Shown here: positions 1-11,578 of the stretch, piece after piece | How the letters are laid out: every line of letters starts with the position of its first letter | Position numbering within the stretch: position 1 is the stretch's first letter | The notes under the pieces: generated by a model | What the model saw: the letters and a program-made list of their open reading frames with translations, nothing else | What the model was told of the DNA's origin: nothing | The model's database searches: none | From: an uncultured Verrucomicrobiae bacterium | GTDB taxonomy: Bacteria; Chlamydiota; Chlamydiia; Chlamydiales; Rhabdochlamydiaceae | Direction: 5' to 3' | Assembly (NCBI GenBank): GCA_963813135.1 | Contig: CAWEXY010000010.1 | Coordinates: 89,905 to 153,904 of the forward strand | Length of the DNA: 64,000 nucleotides | Made by a program: the position numbers and the translations under genes

Positions 1-1957
<1,957 letters not shown>

Positions 1958-2050
1958 TCCCCCTAAATGATTAAATCGGGGATGACTAAAAAAACTCTTT
2001 TCAGGTATGAGCCATTTTGTAACACATAACCTTGCAAGGAGTGTTTTTTT

Positions 2051-2602
2051 ATGAATCATAAGTTGTTAAAATGCGCCATAGCTGGCGGAGTTGTCTTGTT
2101 TATTTGGGGAATGGTCTCTTGGGCCGTACTTCCCTGGCATAAGATGTATATGCACAAATTCCAAAATGAATCGCGGGTTGCATCTGCCATTCGTGATAAT
2201 GCCCCAGAAAGCGGCATGTATGTCCTTCCCAATATGCTCAATCTGAAAAAAAATTCAGAGGAAATGCAAGAAGCCCAGGAGCATATGCGCCAAGGCCCCT
2301 TTGTTTTCGCTGCTGTTTCTCTCGAAGGGAAAAATCCTTCTAGAGTTACGCCTATGGTTCAAGGGCTTGTGCTGAACATAGTCGCTGCTTTCATCGTGAG
2401 CTGGCTGCTGATGCACACAAGGCTGAATTTCAACAAAAGCGTCGGATTTGTGACAGTCGTAGGATTGGTCATCGCGCTCATGTCAACAATTCCTCATTGG
2501 ATATGGTTCCATTTCCATGTTGGATTTGTTGCAGCATGTATATTTGAAACGGTCTTGGGCTGGTTCTTTGCCGGTCTGGCTATCGCAAAAATTGCTCGCT
2601 AA
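2051..2602 (+). CDS. Hypothetical integral membrane protein (~4 TM)
   Basis: 183-aa ORF with an AAGGAG RBS and several hydrophobic segments. Confidence 0.8.
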   Translation: MNHKLLKCAIAGGVVLFIWGMVSWAVLPWHKMYMHKFQNESRVASAIRDNAPESGMYVLPNMLNLKKNSEEMQEAQEHMRQGPFVFAAVSLEGKNPSRVTPMVQGLVLNIVAAFIVSWLLMHTRLNFNKSVGFVTVVGLVIALMSTIPHWIWFHFHVGFVAACIFETVLGWFFAGLAIAKIAR

Positions 2603-3949
2603 TTCGCGATCAATTTCAAGTTGGAGGGGGCATTCCCCTCCAGCTCACCAATCAAAGTCTGATGACTATATCCGCTGACTTTCACCTTTTGAAGCGTACC
2701 AATCAACTCATCGCCGCCTGAGAAAATCACATTTTTCCAGCAGCGTGTTCTGCCCTTGAGATGGGTTTCTTCGCGCGTGCGTTTTTCGACCAATACTTCG
2801 ACTTCTTGGCCCAGCATGTTCTGACGGTCTTCGGCTGCGATTTCTTGTTGGAGCGCAAGAAGACGCTGAAGGCGGTCTTGCTTTACTTCTTCAGGGATAT
2901 CATCTTTCCAGCGGAAAGCCGGCGTCCCTTTGCGGGCGCTATAGGCAAAAAGAAAGGCGACGGAGAATCCTACTTCTTTGAACCGGTCGTAGGTCTCTTG
3001 GAACTCTTCTTCCGTTTCTGTGGGAAATCCTACGATGATATCGGTCCCCAAGGCGACATCGGGGACGATGGAGCGCAGTAGTGCGACTTTTTCCAGGTAG
3101 GTCTCGATCGTGTAAATCCGGTGCATTTTCCTGAGCACTCGATTGGAGCCGGCCTGCATAGGAAAATGGACAAATTCGCAAACGGAGGGCAGATCTCGGA
3201 TGGCCTCCATCAACTGCAGGGTAATGTCGACAGGATGCGACGTCATGAACCTTACGCGCTCAAGCCCCTCGATCTTGTCCAACCGATAGAGGAGGTCATG
3301 GAAAAGGCAGTTCCATTCGGGTTTGTCTTTTCCGTAGCTATTCACATTTTGGCCCAGCAGGGTGATTTCCTTATATCCCGCCTGAACAAGGCGCCGGCAT
3401 TCTTCTTCGATGCTCTCGGGCGGACGTGAGACTTCTTGGCCTCGCGTATAAGGAACGACGCAGTAGGTGCAGAATTTATCGCAGCCGCGGATGATAGAGA
3501 CATAAGCTTTGATGGGATCGTCTCTTTTGGCAACTAAATAGTTTAAATTTTCTTCAAATTGGTCGTCGGTCCGGATCGTTTGTTTTCCTGTCTCCAATAC
3601 CTCATCTAAGACAGTATTGAGGTCCGAAATATTATTTGTCCCTAGGACGAAGTCGATATGGGGGAGTTTGCGAAAGAGCGTCTCTTTTTTGGCCATCGCC
3701 ATGCATCCCGTCACGCCGATGAGCGCCCACTTCTTTTTAACGGCCATCTGGCCGAATCTTTCCCATGACCTTTCGTTCTGCCAGGTCGCGGATGGAGCAG
3801 GTATTAAATAATAGAAGGTCGGCGGCGTTCTCGTCGGCGATGCGCGTCATGCCCCGTTTTTCCAGGAGGCCGACCATGATCTCGGAGTCGAGCTCGTTCA
3901 TCTGGCAGCCGTAGGTGCGAACAAAAAAAGTCTTAGGATCTTTTATCAT
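2599..3949 (-). CDS. miaB: tRNA-i6A37 methylthiotransferase MiaB (one frameshift near 3745, probably a sequencing indel)
   Basis: N-terminal TYGCQMNELDSE and NTCSIR (ORF 3737-3949) continue in another frame into GVTGCMA, the radical-SAM motif CDKFCTYC and a TRAM domain. Confidence 0.95.
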
Positions 3950-4029
3950 AAGGTCAAGATTCTACCTCTATAAGGGGATCTTTGGCAAGACCTTGCATTT
4001 CCTAAGCCTGCAATGATATCGTCAAACGT

Positions 4030-4468
4030 ATGTCAAAATTTCACCATGAACGATCGCCATGCCGCAGCCTACCCATTCATGGGTAGGTTAGGCAGGCACT
4101 GATTGGTCAATTCCTTGAATCCTCGAAGAATCTCGTTGCTTCAGCGACGAGTTCTTCAATCGTTAGCTGCCGGTCGGTGGTTCACTTTCACCCTAGCTGA
4201 GCAGCTTGGAAATGTCGGCAGTGAAATCAGCCGTATGATCAAAGCTCGCGGAGATAAAGAGCGCTATCATAATGCCGCCATGCGGGCTAGCGAACTATTA
4301 GACCTTACTATTAGCGATCCTCGTTGGAAAAAGCGATTGAAAGAGCTGTGCCGGGTGAGGGCCCTTTTCCTCGATACCGTCTGGGGGATCAATGAGTTCA
4401 AAACTTCTCTTGAAGACCTAGATAGATATTTTTATCACTTTGCCTACGCGTCGCGTATTCATAAGTAG
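4030..4468 (+). CDS. Conserved hypothetical protein (LAAGRW..LAEQLGNVGSE family), interrupted near its 5' end by a ~109-nt structured insertion
   Basis: ATG 4030 gives MSKFHH. Coding resumes in another frame at 4157 (QSLAAGRWFTFTLAEQLGNVGSEISR..). The intervening DNA folds into two hairpins. Confidence 0.6.
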
Positions 4469-4601
4469 CTAATAGTCAATTTGTTCCAAATTTACACTTT
4501 CATATCTATTTGTAAATTAACGTGTTAAATAAATGTAATAAAAGTATATCAATTAATTTAAATATAATATATAATATTTTAAATACAATAAAGGAGTATA
4601 T

Positions 4602-5186
4602 ATGAGTAGTCAAGTAACTTTATCTGGTTTGCCGAGAGATTTGATCATAGGCATTTTTTCTAATTTAGACGCCAAGGATCGTGCCCGATGCGCGATAGTC
4701 TGTAAGACTTTCAATGAATGTGTAAAAGCTGCAACTTCTAATCAGAAAATCCAAGAGGATCTAAGAAAGTTTTTAACATCCATTCCGAACAATGGTTACG
4801 GAACGATAAAATTTAATTTTTCACACCATCCTTCAATCCAATTTTCAATTTCATTTCACTATGGAAATGAAGAAGGAAAAAGCTTGCCAACACAAGCTAG
4901 CGTAATTCAATTCCAAATGCCAAAGCCAATAGTGGTTCCTCCTAAAGATGCGGAGAGTATAAAACTGAATCCTTTTCCTTGGAACGAGGGCAATGCTCAC
5001 CTTAAGGAAATGATTTCCGATACGGTAATTAGCGGTCATATTACTCGTCCGTCTAATGGGACACTACCATTCGTCCGTTGCGTTATTCTAATTAAAAATA
5101 CTTCGAGCATGTTTGCTGATGTTTTTGAAAATAGTTTTAATGAGTCAATAAAATACGAGATACAAAGGCGTGACAAATTAGCATAA
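4602..5186 (+). CDS. F-box domain protein (eukaryote-like putative effector)
   Basis: N-terminal LSGLPRDLIIGIFSNLDAKDRARCAIVCKTFN matches the F-box consensus (LP.E++..IF..L...D+..+..VCK.W/F). The gene is AT-rich and has an AAGGAG RBS. Confidence 0.85.
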   Translation: MSSQVTLSGLPRDLIIGIFSNLDAKDRARCAIVCKTFNECVKAATSNQKIQEDLRKFLTSIPNNGYGTIKFNFSHHPSIQFSISFHYGNEEGKSLPTQASVIQFQMPKPIVVPPKDAESIKLNPFPWNEGNAHLKEMISDTVISGHITRPSNGTLPFVRCVILIKNTSSMFADVFENSFNESIKYEIQRRDKLA

Positions 5187-5215
5187 TTAGTCATAGCAAT
5201 ATCGTCTTTATCGTT

Positions 5216-5251
5216 TGCCGCCATTCAGTTCGGATGGCGGCATTTTTTTTT
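5216..5251 (+). terminator. Rho-independent terminator after the F-box gene
   Basis: TGCCGCCAT-loop-ATGGCGGCA followed by a T run. Confidence 0.8.
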
Positions 5252-5310
5252 GACTCTTGGCAAAAAAGCCCTCCTCCTTTATGCTGTAAACTTAACATTG
5301 GATATTCCCT

Positions 5311-5754
5311 ATGAAAAAGAATCAGACTAGTCAATTAACGAAAGAGCAGGCGATCAAAGAACGCAAGTGGCTCCTTCTCGATGCCACAGGAAAAACGCTC
5401 GGCCGTTTTGCTACCGAGGTAGCCCAAATCCTCCGTGGAAAGCATAAAACAAATTTTACTCCCCATGTCGACTGTGGCGATGGCGTCATTATCATCAACG
5501 CCGACAAGATCAAAGTCACAGGGGCTAAAGAAGCTCAAAAAGTTTATTACTATCACACAGGCGCCATGAGCGGTCTGCGCGAAGTTCCTTACCGCGTCAT
5601 GAAAGCCCGTAAGCCCACCTATATCCTCGAGCATGCGATTGCAGGAATGATGCCCCAAAGCCGCCTTGCGAAACAGCAGCTAAGGAAACTGCGCATTTTT
5701 GCAGGCGCTGAGCATGATATGACAGCCCAACAACCCATCCCTTTAAACATTTAA
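5311..5754 (+). CDS. rplM: 50S ribosomal protein L13
   Basis: WLLLDATGKTLGRFAT..LRGKHK..FTPHVDCGD. Confidence 0.98.
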   Translation: MKKNQTSQLTKEQAIKERKWLLLDATGKTLGRFATEVAQILRGKHKTNFTPHVDCGDGVIIINADKIKVTGAKEAQKVYYYHTGAMSGLREVPYRVMKARKPTYILEHAIAGMMPQSRLAKQQLRKLRIFAGAEHDMTAQQPIPLNI

Positions 5755-5769
5755 TACGGAAAGATTAAC

Positions 5770-6159
5770 ATGGCACAAGAAAAAATAGGTACCGGACGCC
5801 GCAAAACATCTGTTGCTTCCGTACGAGTCAGATCAGGGTCTGGCGTTATTACTGTCAATGGACGCAAGTTTGAAGATTATTTTCCTCTTCCCCTCCAACG
5901 GGACACCGTTCTGTCTCCTTTGAAAAAATTTTCCAACCCTGAAAAATTCGACCTCATCGTTCGCCTGAAAGGCGGCGGAGTAGAAGCGCAAGTGATTGCG
6001 GCCCGTCTGGGGCTTGCCCGCGCTCTTCTTCAAGACGATGCTTCGCTCAAGAGCGGTCTGAAAGCCGTAGGGTTTTTAACTCGCGATTCGCGCAAGAAAG
6101 AGCGTAAGAAATACGGTCTGCGCGGCGCTCGTAAACGCTGCCAGTTCTCTAAACGTTAA
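5770..6159 (+). CDS. rpsI: 30S ribosomal protein S9
   Basis: [37 protein letters not shown]. Confidence 0.98.
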   Translation: MAQEKIGTGRRKTSVASVRVRSGSGVITVNGRKFEDYFPLPLQRDTVLSPLKKFSNPEKFDLIVRLKGGGVEAQVIAARLGLARALLQDDASLKSGLKAVGFLTRDSRKKERKKYGLRGARKRCQFSKR

Positions 6160-6184
6160 GCAAACTTCCTCCTTGTTGATATGG

Positions 6185-6217
6185 GTCCTCAGGTTAATTC
6201 CTGGGGACTTTTTTTTT
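6185..6217 (+). terminator. Rho-independent terminator of rplM-rpsI
   Basis: GTCCTCAGG-TTAATT-CCTGGGGAC followed by T9. Confidence 0.8.
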
Positions 6218-6243
6218 ATCATTCGATCCACTATGAGGAGGAT

Positions 6244-6705
6244 ATGAAAGGAAAAAAAGTATCAGAATCCGCTGTTCATGATCAGACGGCGGTTGTATTC
6301 CCTAACGATCTAAATGCCTATGGAACCCTCTTTGGAGGCCGCGTCCTCGACCTTTGCGATCGGCTGGCCGGTGTCGTGGCCAAACGGCATTCGGGACAGG
6401 TCTGCGTCACTTTGGCCATCGATTCCGTCCGTTTTTTAGCTCCTGCGAAGCATGGCGATATTTTGGTCATGCGCGCTTCTGTGAACCGCGTGTGGAATAC
6501 CTCCATGGAAATCGGCATCAAGGTCTTCAAAGAAGACTTCCGCACGCTGGAGAAGACCCATATTTTGTCGGCCTACTTCACGTTTGTTGCGCTAGATGAT
6601 GCGTTAAAACCCACGAAAATCCCGCCGATCATTCCGGAAACGGATGATGAAAAACGACGCTTCCAAGCAGCCGAAGAAAGACATCGGCTGCGTCTAAGAA
6701 AGTGA
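6244..6705 (+). CDS. Acyl-CoA thioesterase (hotdog fold, YciA family)
   Basis: VFPNDLNAYGTLFGG..TSMEIG..AYFTFVALD. The start was chosen at MKGKK, which follows a GAGGAG RBS. Confidence 0.9.
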   Translation: MKGKKVSESAVHDQTAVVFPNDLNAYGTLFGGRVLDLCDRLAGVVAKRHSGQVCVTLAIDSVRFLAPAKHGDILVMRASVNRVWNTSMEIGIKVFKEDFRTLEKTHILSAYFTFVALDDALKPTKIPPIIPETDDEKRRFQAAEERHRLRLRK

Positions 6706-8274
6706 TCGATATTTTTTAGTGAGATAAGCGATGAAAGGCTCCTCTGATAGGGGGCTTCCGGTCACTTTTTTTACGAGTTCGGGCGGTGTATACGTGCGGC
6801 CCCATCGATGGATGTTTTCTTTTTGCCATTGGCGCAGGGGGGCCAGCTCTCCTTTTCTTATTTCTTCTTCCCAATTGGGGCGCTCTTTAGCGAAAGCGGC
6901 CATGAACTGCGAGGCGTAGAGGTTGCCAAGGGCATAGGTAGGAAAGTACCCAAATCCTCCGGAAGACCAATGGATGTCCTGAAGGCATCCGAGATCGTCT
7001 GAGGGCGGGGCGATCCCAAGGAGCCTTTGCATTTCGGCATTCCACATTTCGGGGATTTCTTTCACTTTTAAAGAGCCTTCGATGAGCTTCCGTTCCAGGT
7101 TATACCGCAAAATGATGTGGAGGTTGTAAGTGGCCTCATCGGACTCCGTGCGAATGAGAGTGGGTTTGACGGTATTGATGGCCTTATAAAAATCGCGCAA
7201 GGGCAGCTTTTCAAAAGGCTCGGGAAAAACCTTTTGGAGCTGCGGATAAAAATATTCCCAAAAGGGAAGGCTGAGGCCGACGAGCGTTTCCCACCAGCGC
7301 GACTGGCTTTCATCGATGCCCAGGGACACCGACTCGCAAACAGGCGATCCAAAGTCTTTTTCTGGAAGGCCTGCATTATAGAGCGCATGACCTCCTTCGT
7401 GCATCACTGAGAACAAACTATAGGTAATGTCCTCGGGATCGATCCGCGTGGTCATCCGCGTGTCGAGGGGATGAAGCCCGCTGCAAAAAGGATGCACGGC
7501 GGTATCGAGCCGGCATGCTTGAGGATCGAGGCCCATTTTGTAGAGAAGGTCTTTTCCCATTTGAAGCTGTTTTTCAGCGGAAAAGCGTCCTTTGATGCAA
7601 TCGGTATCAAATGCCGTTTTTTCGACGAGTTCTTTTACGAGAGGATGTAGCGCGGTTTCGAGCCGCGATAGCAAAGGAGTGAGTTCGGCGGTCTTCAGCT
7701 CAGGCTCATAAAGATCGAGCAGCGCATCGTAAGGATGTCCTGAATATCCGAGCAAATCGGTTTCTTTGCGGCAAAGAGAAATAATTTTATCTAATTGCGG
7801 CGCAAAGAGGGAAAATTTCTTCTCTTTTCGCGCTTTCACCCAAGCGTGGTAGCCGGCTGCGCAGGTGTGCGCAAAGGTTTTCACAAAGGAGGGGGGCAGT
7901 TTGATGGCTCGAAGATGATCGCGTCTGAGTTCTCTCAAGACAGCCTTTTGGCTATGGTCCATTTCATGGGACAAAACTTCACCAGAATCGAGGTCGATGA
8001 GTTGGCTGAGGAGGTGGGTGAACTTGAGCCCTGTTTTGAGTTTGTGAATATGGCTGGCGGTGGCTGCAAAGGCCTCAGCGCGGATGCTTTCGCCCATAGG
8101 GGGCATCATCGTCTCTTGGTCCCATTCGAGCAGTCCGCGGATGCTGCCAAAGACCTGGATAGCTTTAGAAAGGTCTAAGAGCTTATCGTAGGCGGTTTTT
8201 TTTGCGAGCCTGCGGCGGATGCCGTTCGTTAGAGAAGTTTGCGGGGAAGCGGGATCTTGTTTCTTGGTGGGCAT
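6694..8274 (-). CDS. Carboxypeptidase, M32 (Taq) family
   Basis: LLEWDQET, YDALLDLYEP, HPF, HEGGH zinc motif, ESQSR, IRTESDE, GCLQDIHWS and YFPTYALG. Confidence 0.95.
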   Translation of the reverse strand: MPTKKQDPASPQTSLTNGIRRRLAKKTAYDKLLDLSKAIQVFGSIRGLLEWDQETMMPPMGESIRAEAFAATASHIHKLKTGLKFTHLLSQLIDLDSGEVLSHEMDHSQKAVLRELRRDHLRAIKLPPSFVKTFAHTCAAGYHAWVKARKEKKFSLFAPQLDKIISLCRKETDLLGYSGHPYDALLDLYEPELKTAELTPLLSRLETALHPLVKELVEKTAFDTDCIKGRFSAEKQLQMGKDLLYKMGLDPQACRLDTAVHPFCSGLHPLDTRMTTRIDPEDITYSLFSVMHEGGHALYNAGLPEKDFGSPVCESVSLGIDESQSRWWETLVGLSLPFWEYFYPQLQKVFPEPFEKLPLRDFYKAINTVKPTLIRTESDEATYNLHIILRYNLERKLIEGSLKVKEIPEMWNAEMQRLLGIAPPSDDLGCLQDIHWSSGGFGYFPTYALGNLYASQFMAAFAKERPNWEEEIRKGELAPLRQWQKENIHRWGRTYTPPELVKKVTGSPLSEEPFIAYLTKKYRSLS

Positions 8275-8316
8275 AATACCGGTACTTACAAAAAAATACC
8301 TTTACATGCAATAGCG

Positions 8317-8414
8317 GATAGTCAGCCAAATCCCTGTTTTTGGACGACATTCGGCTGAGTATCTATCGATAACCAGCCAAATCTATGATTTTTGCCCACA
8401 TTTGGCTGGTTATC
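8317..8414. repeat. Two tandem 47-bp units (51-bp period), each an inverted repeat with 15-bp arms and a 17-bp spacer; probable operator array
   Basis: GATAGTCAGCCAAAT (8317)..ATTCGGCTGAGTATC (8349) and GATAACCAGCCAAAT (8368)..ATTTGGCTGGTTATC (8400). Confidence 0.85.
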
Positions 8415-8459
8415 TGTGTTTTTCTTGCAGAAATTACGTCTCACATTTAATCTGTATTT

Positions 8460-9977
8460 ATGATCATCGGCAGAGAGAAGCAGCAGGCCATATTGTCTAA
8501 GCTCTTTCGTTCAAAACGGGCTGAGTTCCTTGCGATCTATGGAAGAAGGCGCATTGGGAAAACATTCCTCATTCATGAGTTTTTCAAAAATAAAGGCGCC
8601 TATTTAGAAGTTACGGGAAGTAATAAGGCATCGAAAAAAACTCAGATAAAGCATTTTTATACTGAATTCACAGCCCTATTTCCCAATGAAAAGTCCAAGG
8701 AATTTCCAAAAAACTGGTCCGATGCTTTTACTCTTCTTAAAAATGCGATTGCCGAGATGGATCCATCGATAAAGTTTATCTTTTTTATCGATGAACTACC
8801 CTGGTTAGCATCGCCTAAGTCGGGATTTTTAGCGGCTTTGGACTACTGTTGGAATCGCCATCTGTCGCGCATGCCAAATGTCCTCGTCATTATTTGTGGT
8901 TCCGCTGCCCATTGGATGATTAAAAAAGTGATCAACGATAAAGGCGGGCTCCATGGCCGTTTAAGCGCTCAAATGCGACTGCAGCCCTTTACATTGGGAG
9001 AAGCAGAGAATTTCTTGTACCATCTCGACGTTCGTCTCAAGCGCAAGCAGATCGTGGAACTCTATATGGCGATCGGCGGCGTTGCGAAATATCTTATCAA
9101 TGCCTCTTCGGGAATGTCTCCCGCGCAAATTATCACCGAACTTTGTTTTTCTCTTAGCGGCTTTTTATTTTCGGAATTTTCCAAGCTTTATAAGTCTCTT
9201 TTTGACTCTTCTGAAAAGCATATCGCCATCGTCCGGGCGTTGGCGAAAAAACGGCAGGGCATGCTCCAAAGCGACTTATTAAAGGAAGCGAAAATACTTC
9301 AGGGAGGTACTGCAACTGAAGTTTTACAAGAGCTTGAAGAGGCTGGCTTTATTATGAGCATCGCTTCTTTTGGAAAGCGCACGAAAGAGCGGCAATGGCG
9401 GCTGATGGATGAATATTCCCTTTTCTATTTGACATGGATTGAAGAAATGCAAGGAAATGTCCTGAGAAGCGTCGATCCTGAATATTGGAATAAATTGCAT
9501 GGGACTGCGTTATGGCATGCCTGGGCTGGCCATGCTTTTGAAAACGTCTGCCTCAAACACTGTGGAAAAATTAAAGAGGCTTTAGGCCTCGGCGGCGTGA
9601 CAACGAAAGAAAGCCATTGGCAATATGTTCCTCCTAAGAGAAGCAAAGTCGATGGCGCTGAAATCGACCTTGTTATCGACCGTGCGGATAATTGCATCAA
9701 CCTTTGCGAGATCAAGTTCTGCGATAAAGAATTTGTGATCACAAAAGCTTATGCCAAGGATCTAGAACGTAAAAAGCAAGTCTTTCAAAGAGAAACCGGT
9801 ACGCGTAAGACGATTTTTCTCACGATGATCACGCCGTTTGGCGTTGTAGAAAATGAGCACTATTTAGGCCTTGTCGATCAGCAGCTGACTCTGGATGCCC
9901 TCTTCGATCAGAAGATGGGACCCTTAAAAAGCCTCAAACGATTACTTTCTTTCCGCAAGCAACCCATTGATTATTAA
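8460..9977 (+). CDS. AAA+/archaeal-type ATPase with wHTH and a C-terminal PD-(D/E)xK-like domain (ATPase_2/DUF234-type)
   Basis: IIGREKQ, Walker A GRRRIGKT, Walker B FFIDE, IICGS and C-terminal EIDLVID..LCEIK. Confidence 0.88.
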   Translation: MIIGREKQQAILSKLFRSKRAEFLAIYGRRRIGKTFLIHEFFKNKGAYLEVTGSNKASKKTQIKHFYTEFTALFPNEKSKEFPKNWSDAFTLLKNAIAEMDPSIKFIFFIDELPWLASPKSGFLAALDYCWNRHLSRMPNVLVIICGSAAHWMIKKVINDKGGLHGRLSAQMRLQPFTLGEAENFLYHLDVRLKRKQIVELYMAIGGVAKYLINASSGMSPAQIITELCFSLSGFLFSEFSKLYKSLFDSSEKHIAIVRALAKKRQGMLQSDLLKEAKILQGGTATEVLQELEEAGFIMSIASFGKRTKERQWRLMDEYSLFYLTWIEEMQGNVLRSVDPEYWNKLHGTALWHAWAGHAFENVCLKHCGKIKEALGLGGVTTKESHWQYVPPKRSKVDGAEIDLVIDRADNCINLCEIKFCDKEFVITKAYAKDLERKKQVFQRETGTRKTIFLTMITPFGVVENEHYLGLVDQQLTLDALFDQKMGPLKSLKRLLSFRKQPIDY

Positions 9978-10012
9978 CACTCTGCGTAATCTTTCCTTCC
10001 AGGAAGGAAAGA

Positions 10013-11578
10013 TCACGCTTTTGGATTAGCTGTTTCCAAAAGACCCTGCCAATAGGGTTGATTTTCTTCGGACAGATATTTCGTGGCTTTTTTTAAGGTC
10101 AGTTTTCTATCGGGATATTCGGTATCTGTAAAGGAAAAGGTTCCATTTTTGGTGTAAGGAATATTGTTCGGAAGAAAGGCGCTTCCACAGTTCTCTTTAA
10201 GAATCGAGTATAGCTCATCGAGATGGGCTTTTGTAATGTGGGTTTTCCATGCAAGAGATGACATCGATTCGTTTTCAAGCTGCATATCTGTTTCAACTAA
10301 AATCACAGGTTCTAAAGCAGGATTATGGGAAGAGGGCACAGGAAGAACATAAAGCCACTTGTCCGGCACGGCAAAATAACGCAAATGCTTTTTTTTAATG
10401 ATATTTCGTATCTTTTCAGCTCCGATGCAACGTCTTGTCAGCCATTCGCAATGGGGTACATGTTTTTTTGTCCTCTTTTCAGAATCCAGGTAAAGCTTAA
10501 ATACATAGCCTGGAATATCGGGATGCCTGGCCACTGTGATAAAACTCGACTCTTTAGAGGCGATGATTTCAAAACCAGCTGAAAGAAGAGTTTGTTTACT
10601 GGAGATGACTCGGTGCGAAAATAGAGTATCGAGTTTTGGTTTCACAGCATGGTCCAAGGGGAGAAGATAGGGAGACATCAATTTTTTTGTCTTTTTATCG
10701 AGATAGGGGTTGTTTTGAAAATAGGGATAGGGATTTTGATTTAGTTGCTCAAGCGCAAAGGGAGCTGCATAGGCCAGCCCTAGCCCTAAAACAATCAACA
10801 GCCCAACTTTCATACTTAAAAATCCTTTCGCCCAGTTTACGCTGCGTTGGTGGGGGTTTTTTGTTCGTTTTATCGTAAACAGTCTCAAGAAACTCTCAAT
10901 GGCTGAGGTCATCCAGATGTGCAGAGGGGTGAGGTAGCCCCAGGCGAGGAAGAAGAGGGTGATGGATAGGCTGCCGACGGCGATGTCGGTGAACCAGTGG
11001 GCGCCGGCGATGAGACGGGGAAGGGCGCGGAAAAGGGCGTAGAGGCAGGCATAGCGGCCGAGACGCCAGCCGGCGATCAGGGTGTAGCCTCCGGCAAAGA
11101 GGAGGAGGGTGGTGGCGTGGTCGCCGGGGAAGCTAGAGGTCGAGTCGTCTTTGACTTTGAGCCAGAAGATCTCGTCAGAGATGCGGGTGCAGTGGGAGAC
11201 GACGAGTGTGGGGCTGTTGCGGGGGATGTCGAAGGACTCACGGAAGAGCATGCGGTTGACGAAGAAGATGATGCAGGCGGCGTAGAGGAGGAGGAAGATG
11301 CACTGCGCGGTGCGGCGGAGTTTTTCTCCACGGGGAGCGGCGCGGATGGCTATGACGAAGAAGGCGATGAAGACGAGATCTTCGACCCAATCGGTGAGCT
11401 GGTGGTTGATGAGGGCCCAAAAGACTTGGGCGTAGTGATGGCCTTTCAGGGTTCCGTTGAGGGTTTTAAAGACGGAGAGGTCGAGGGCATCCCAGAGGGG
11501 ACGGGTAACGGGCCAAAAAAATGTTCCGGCTAAAATAAGAATGGCGAGATGGACGAAGAGGAGAGGTTTAATTTTCAT
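10013..11578 (-). CDS. PAP2-family (LpxT/YeiU-like) membrane phosphotransferase fused to a C-terminal soluble, possibly kinase-like domain
   Basis: R.SPTL, SFPGDHA and PRLIAGAHWFTDIAVGS are PAP2 motifs. The C-terminal ~265 aa starts with a signal-like MKVGLLIVLGLGLAYA and is more AT-rich. Confidence 0.75.
   Translation of the reverse strand: MKIKPLLFVHLAILILAGTFFWPVTRPLWDALDLSVFKTLNGTLKGHHYAQVFWALINHQLTDWVEDLVFIAFFVIAIRAAPRGEKLRRTAQCIFLLLYAACIIFFVNRMLFRESFDIPRNSPTLVVSHCTRISDEIFWLKVKDDSTSSFPGDHATTLLLFAGGYTLIAGWRLGRYACLYALFRALPRLIAGAHWFTDIAVGSLSITLFFLAWGYLTPLHIWMTSAIESFLRLFTIKRTKNPHQRSVNWAKGFLSMKVGLLIVLGLGLAYAAPFALEQLNQNPYPYFQNNPYLDKKTKKLMSPYLLPLDHAVKPKLDTLFSHRVISSKQTLLSAGFEIIASKESSFITVARHPDIPGYVFKLYLDSEKRTKKHVPHCEWLTRRCIGAEKIRNIIKKKHLRYFAVPDKWLYVLPVPSSHNPALEPVILVETDMQLENESMSSLAWKTHITKAHLDELYSILKENCGSAFLPNNIPYTKNGTFSFTDTEYPDRKLTLKKATKYLSEENQPYWQGLLETANPKA

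Noticed and set aside
3730..3760. miaB frameshift (and the metG frameshift near 29555) as regulatory recoding
   Set aside because: These are single-base indels in housekeeping genes on a contig that has many such errors.
8317..8414. CRISPR mini-array
   Set aside because: There are only two units, the repeats alternate in orientation, the spacers are 17 bp and there are no cas genes.
10997..11533. Acidic, Gly/Glu-rich plus-strand ORF
   Set aside because: It is an antisense shadow of the pyrimidine-rich PAP2 membrane-protein coding strand.
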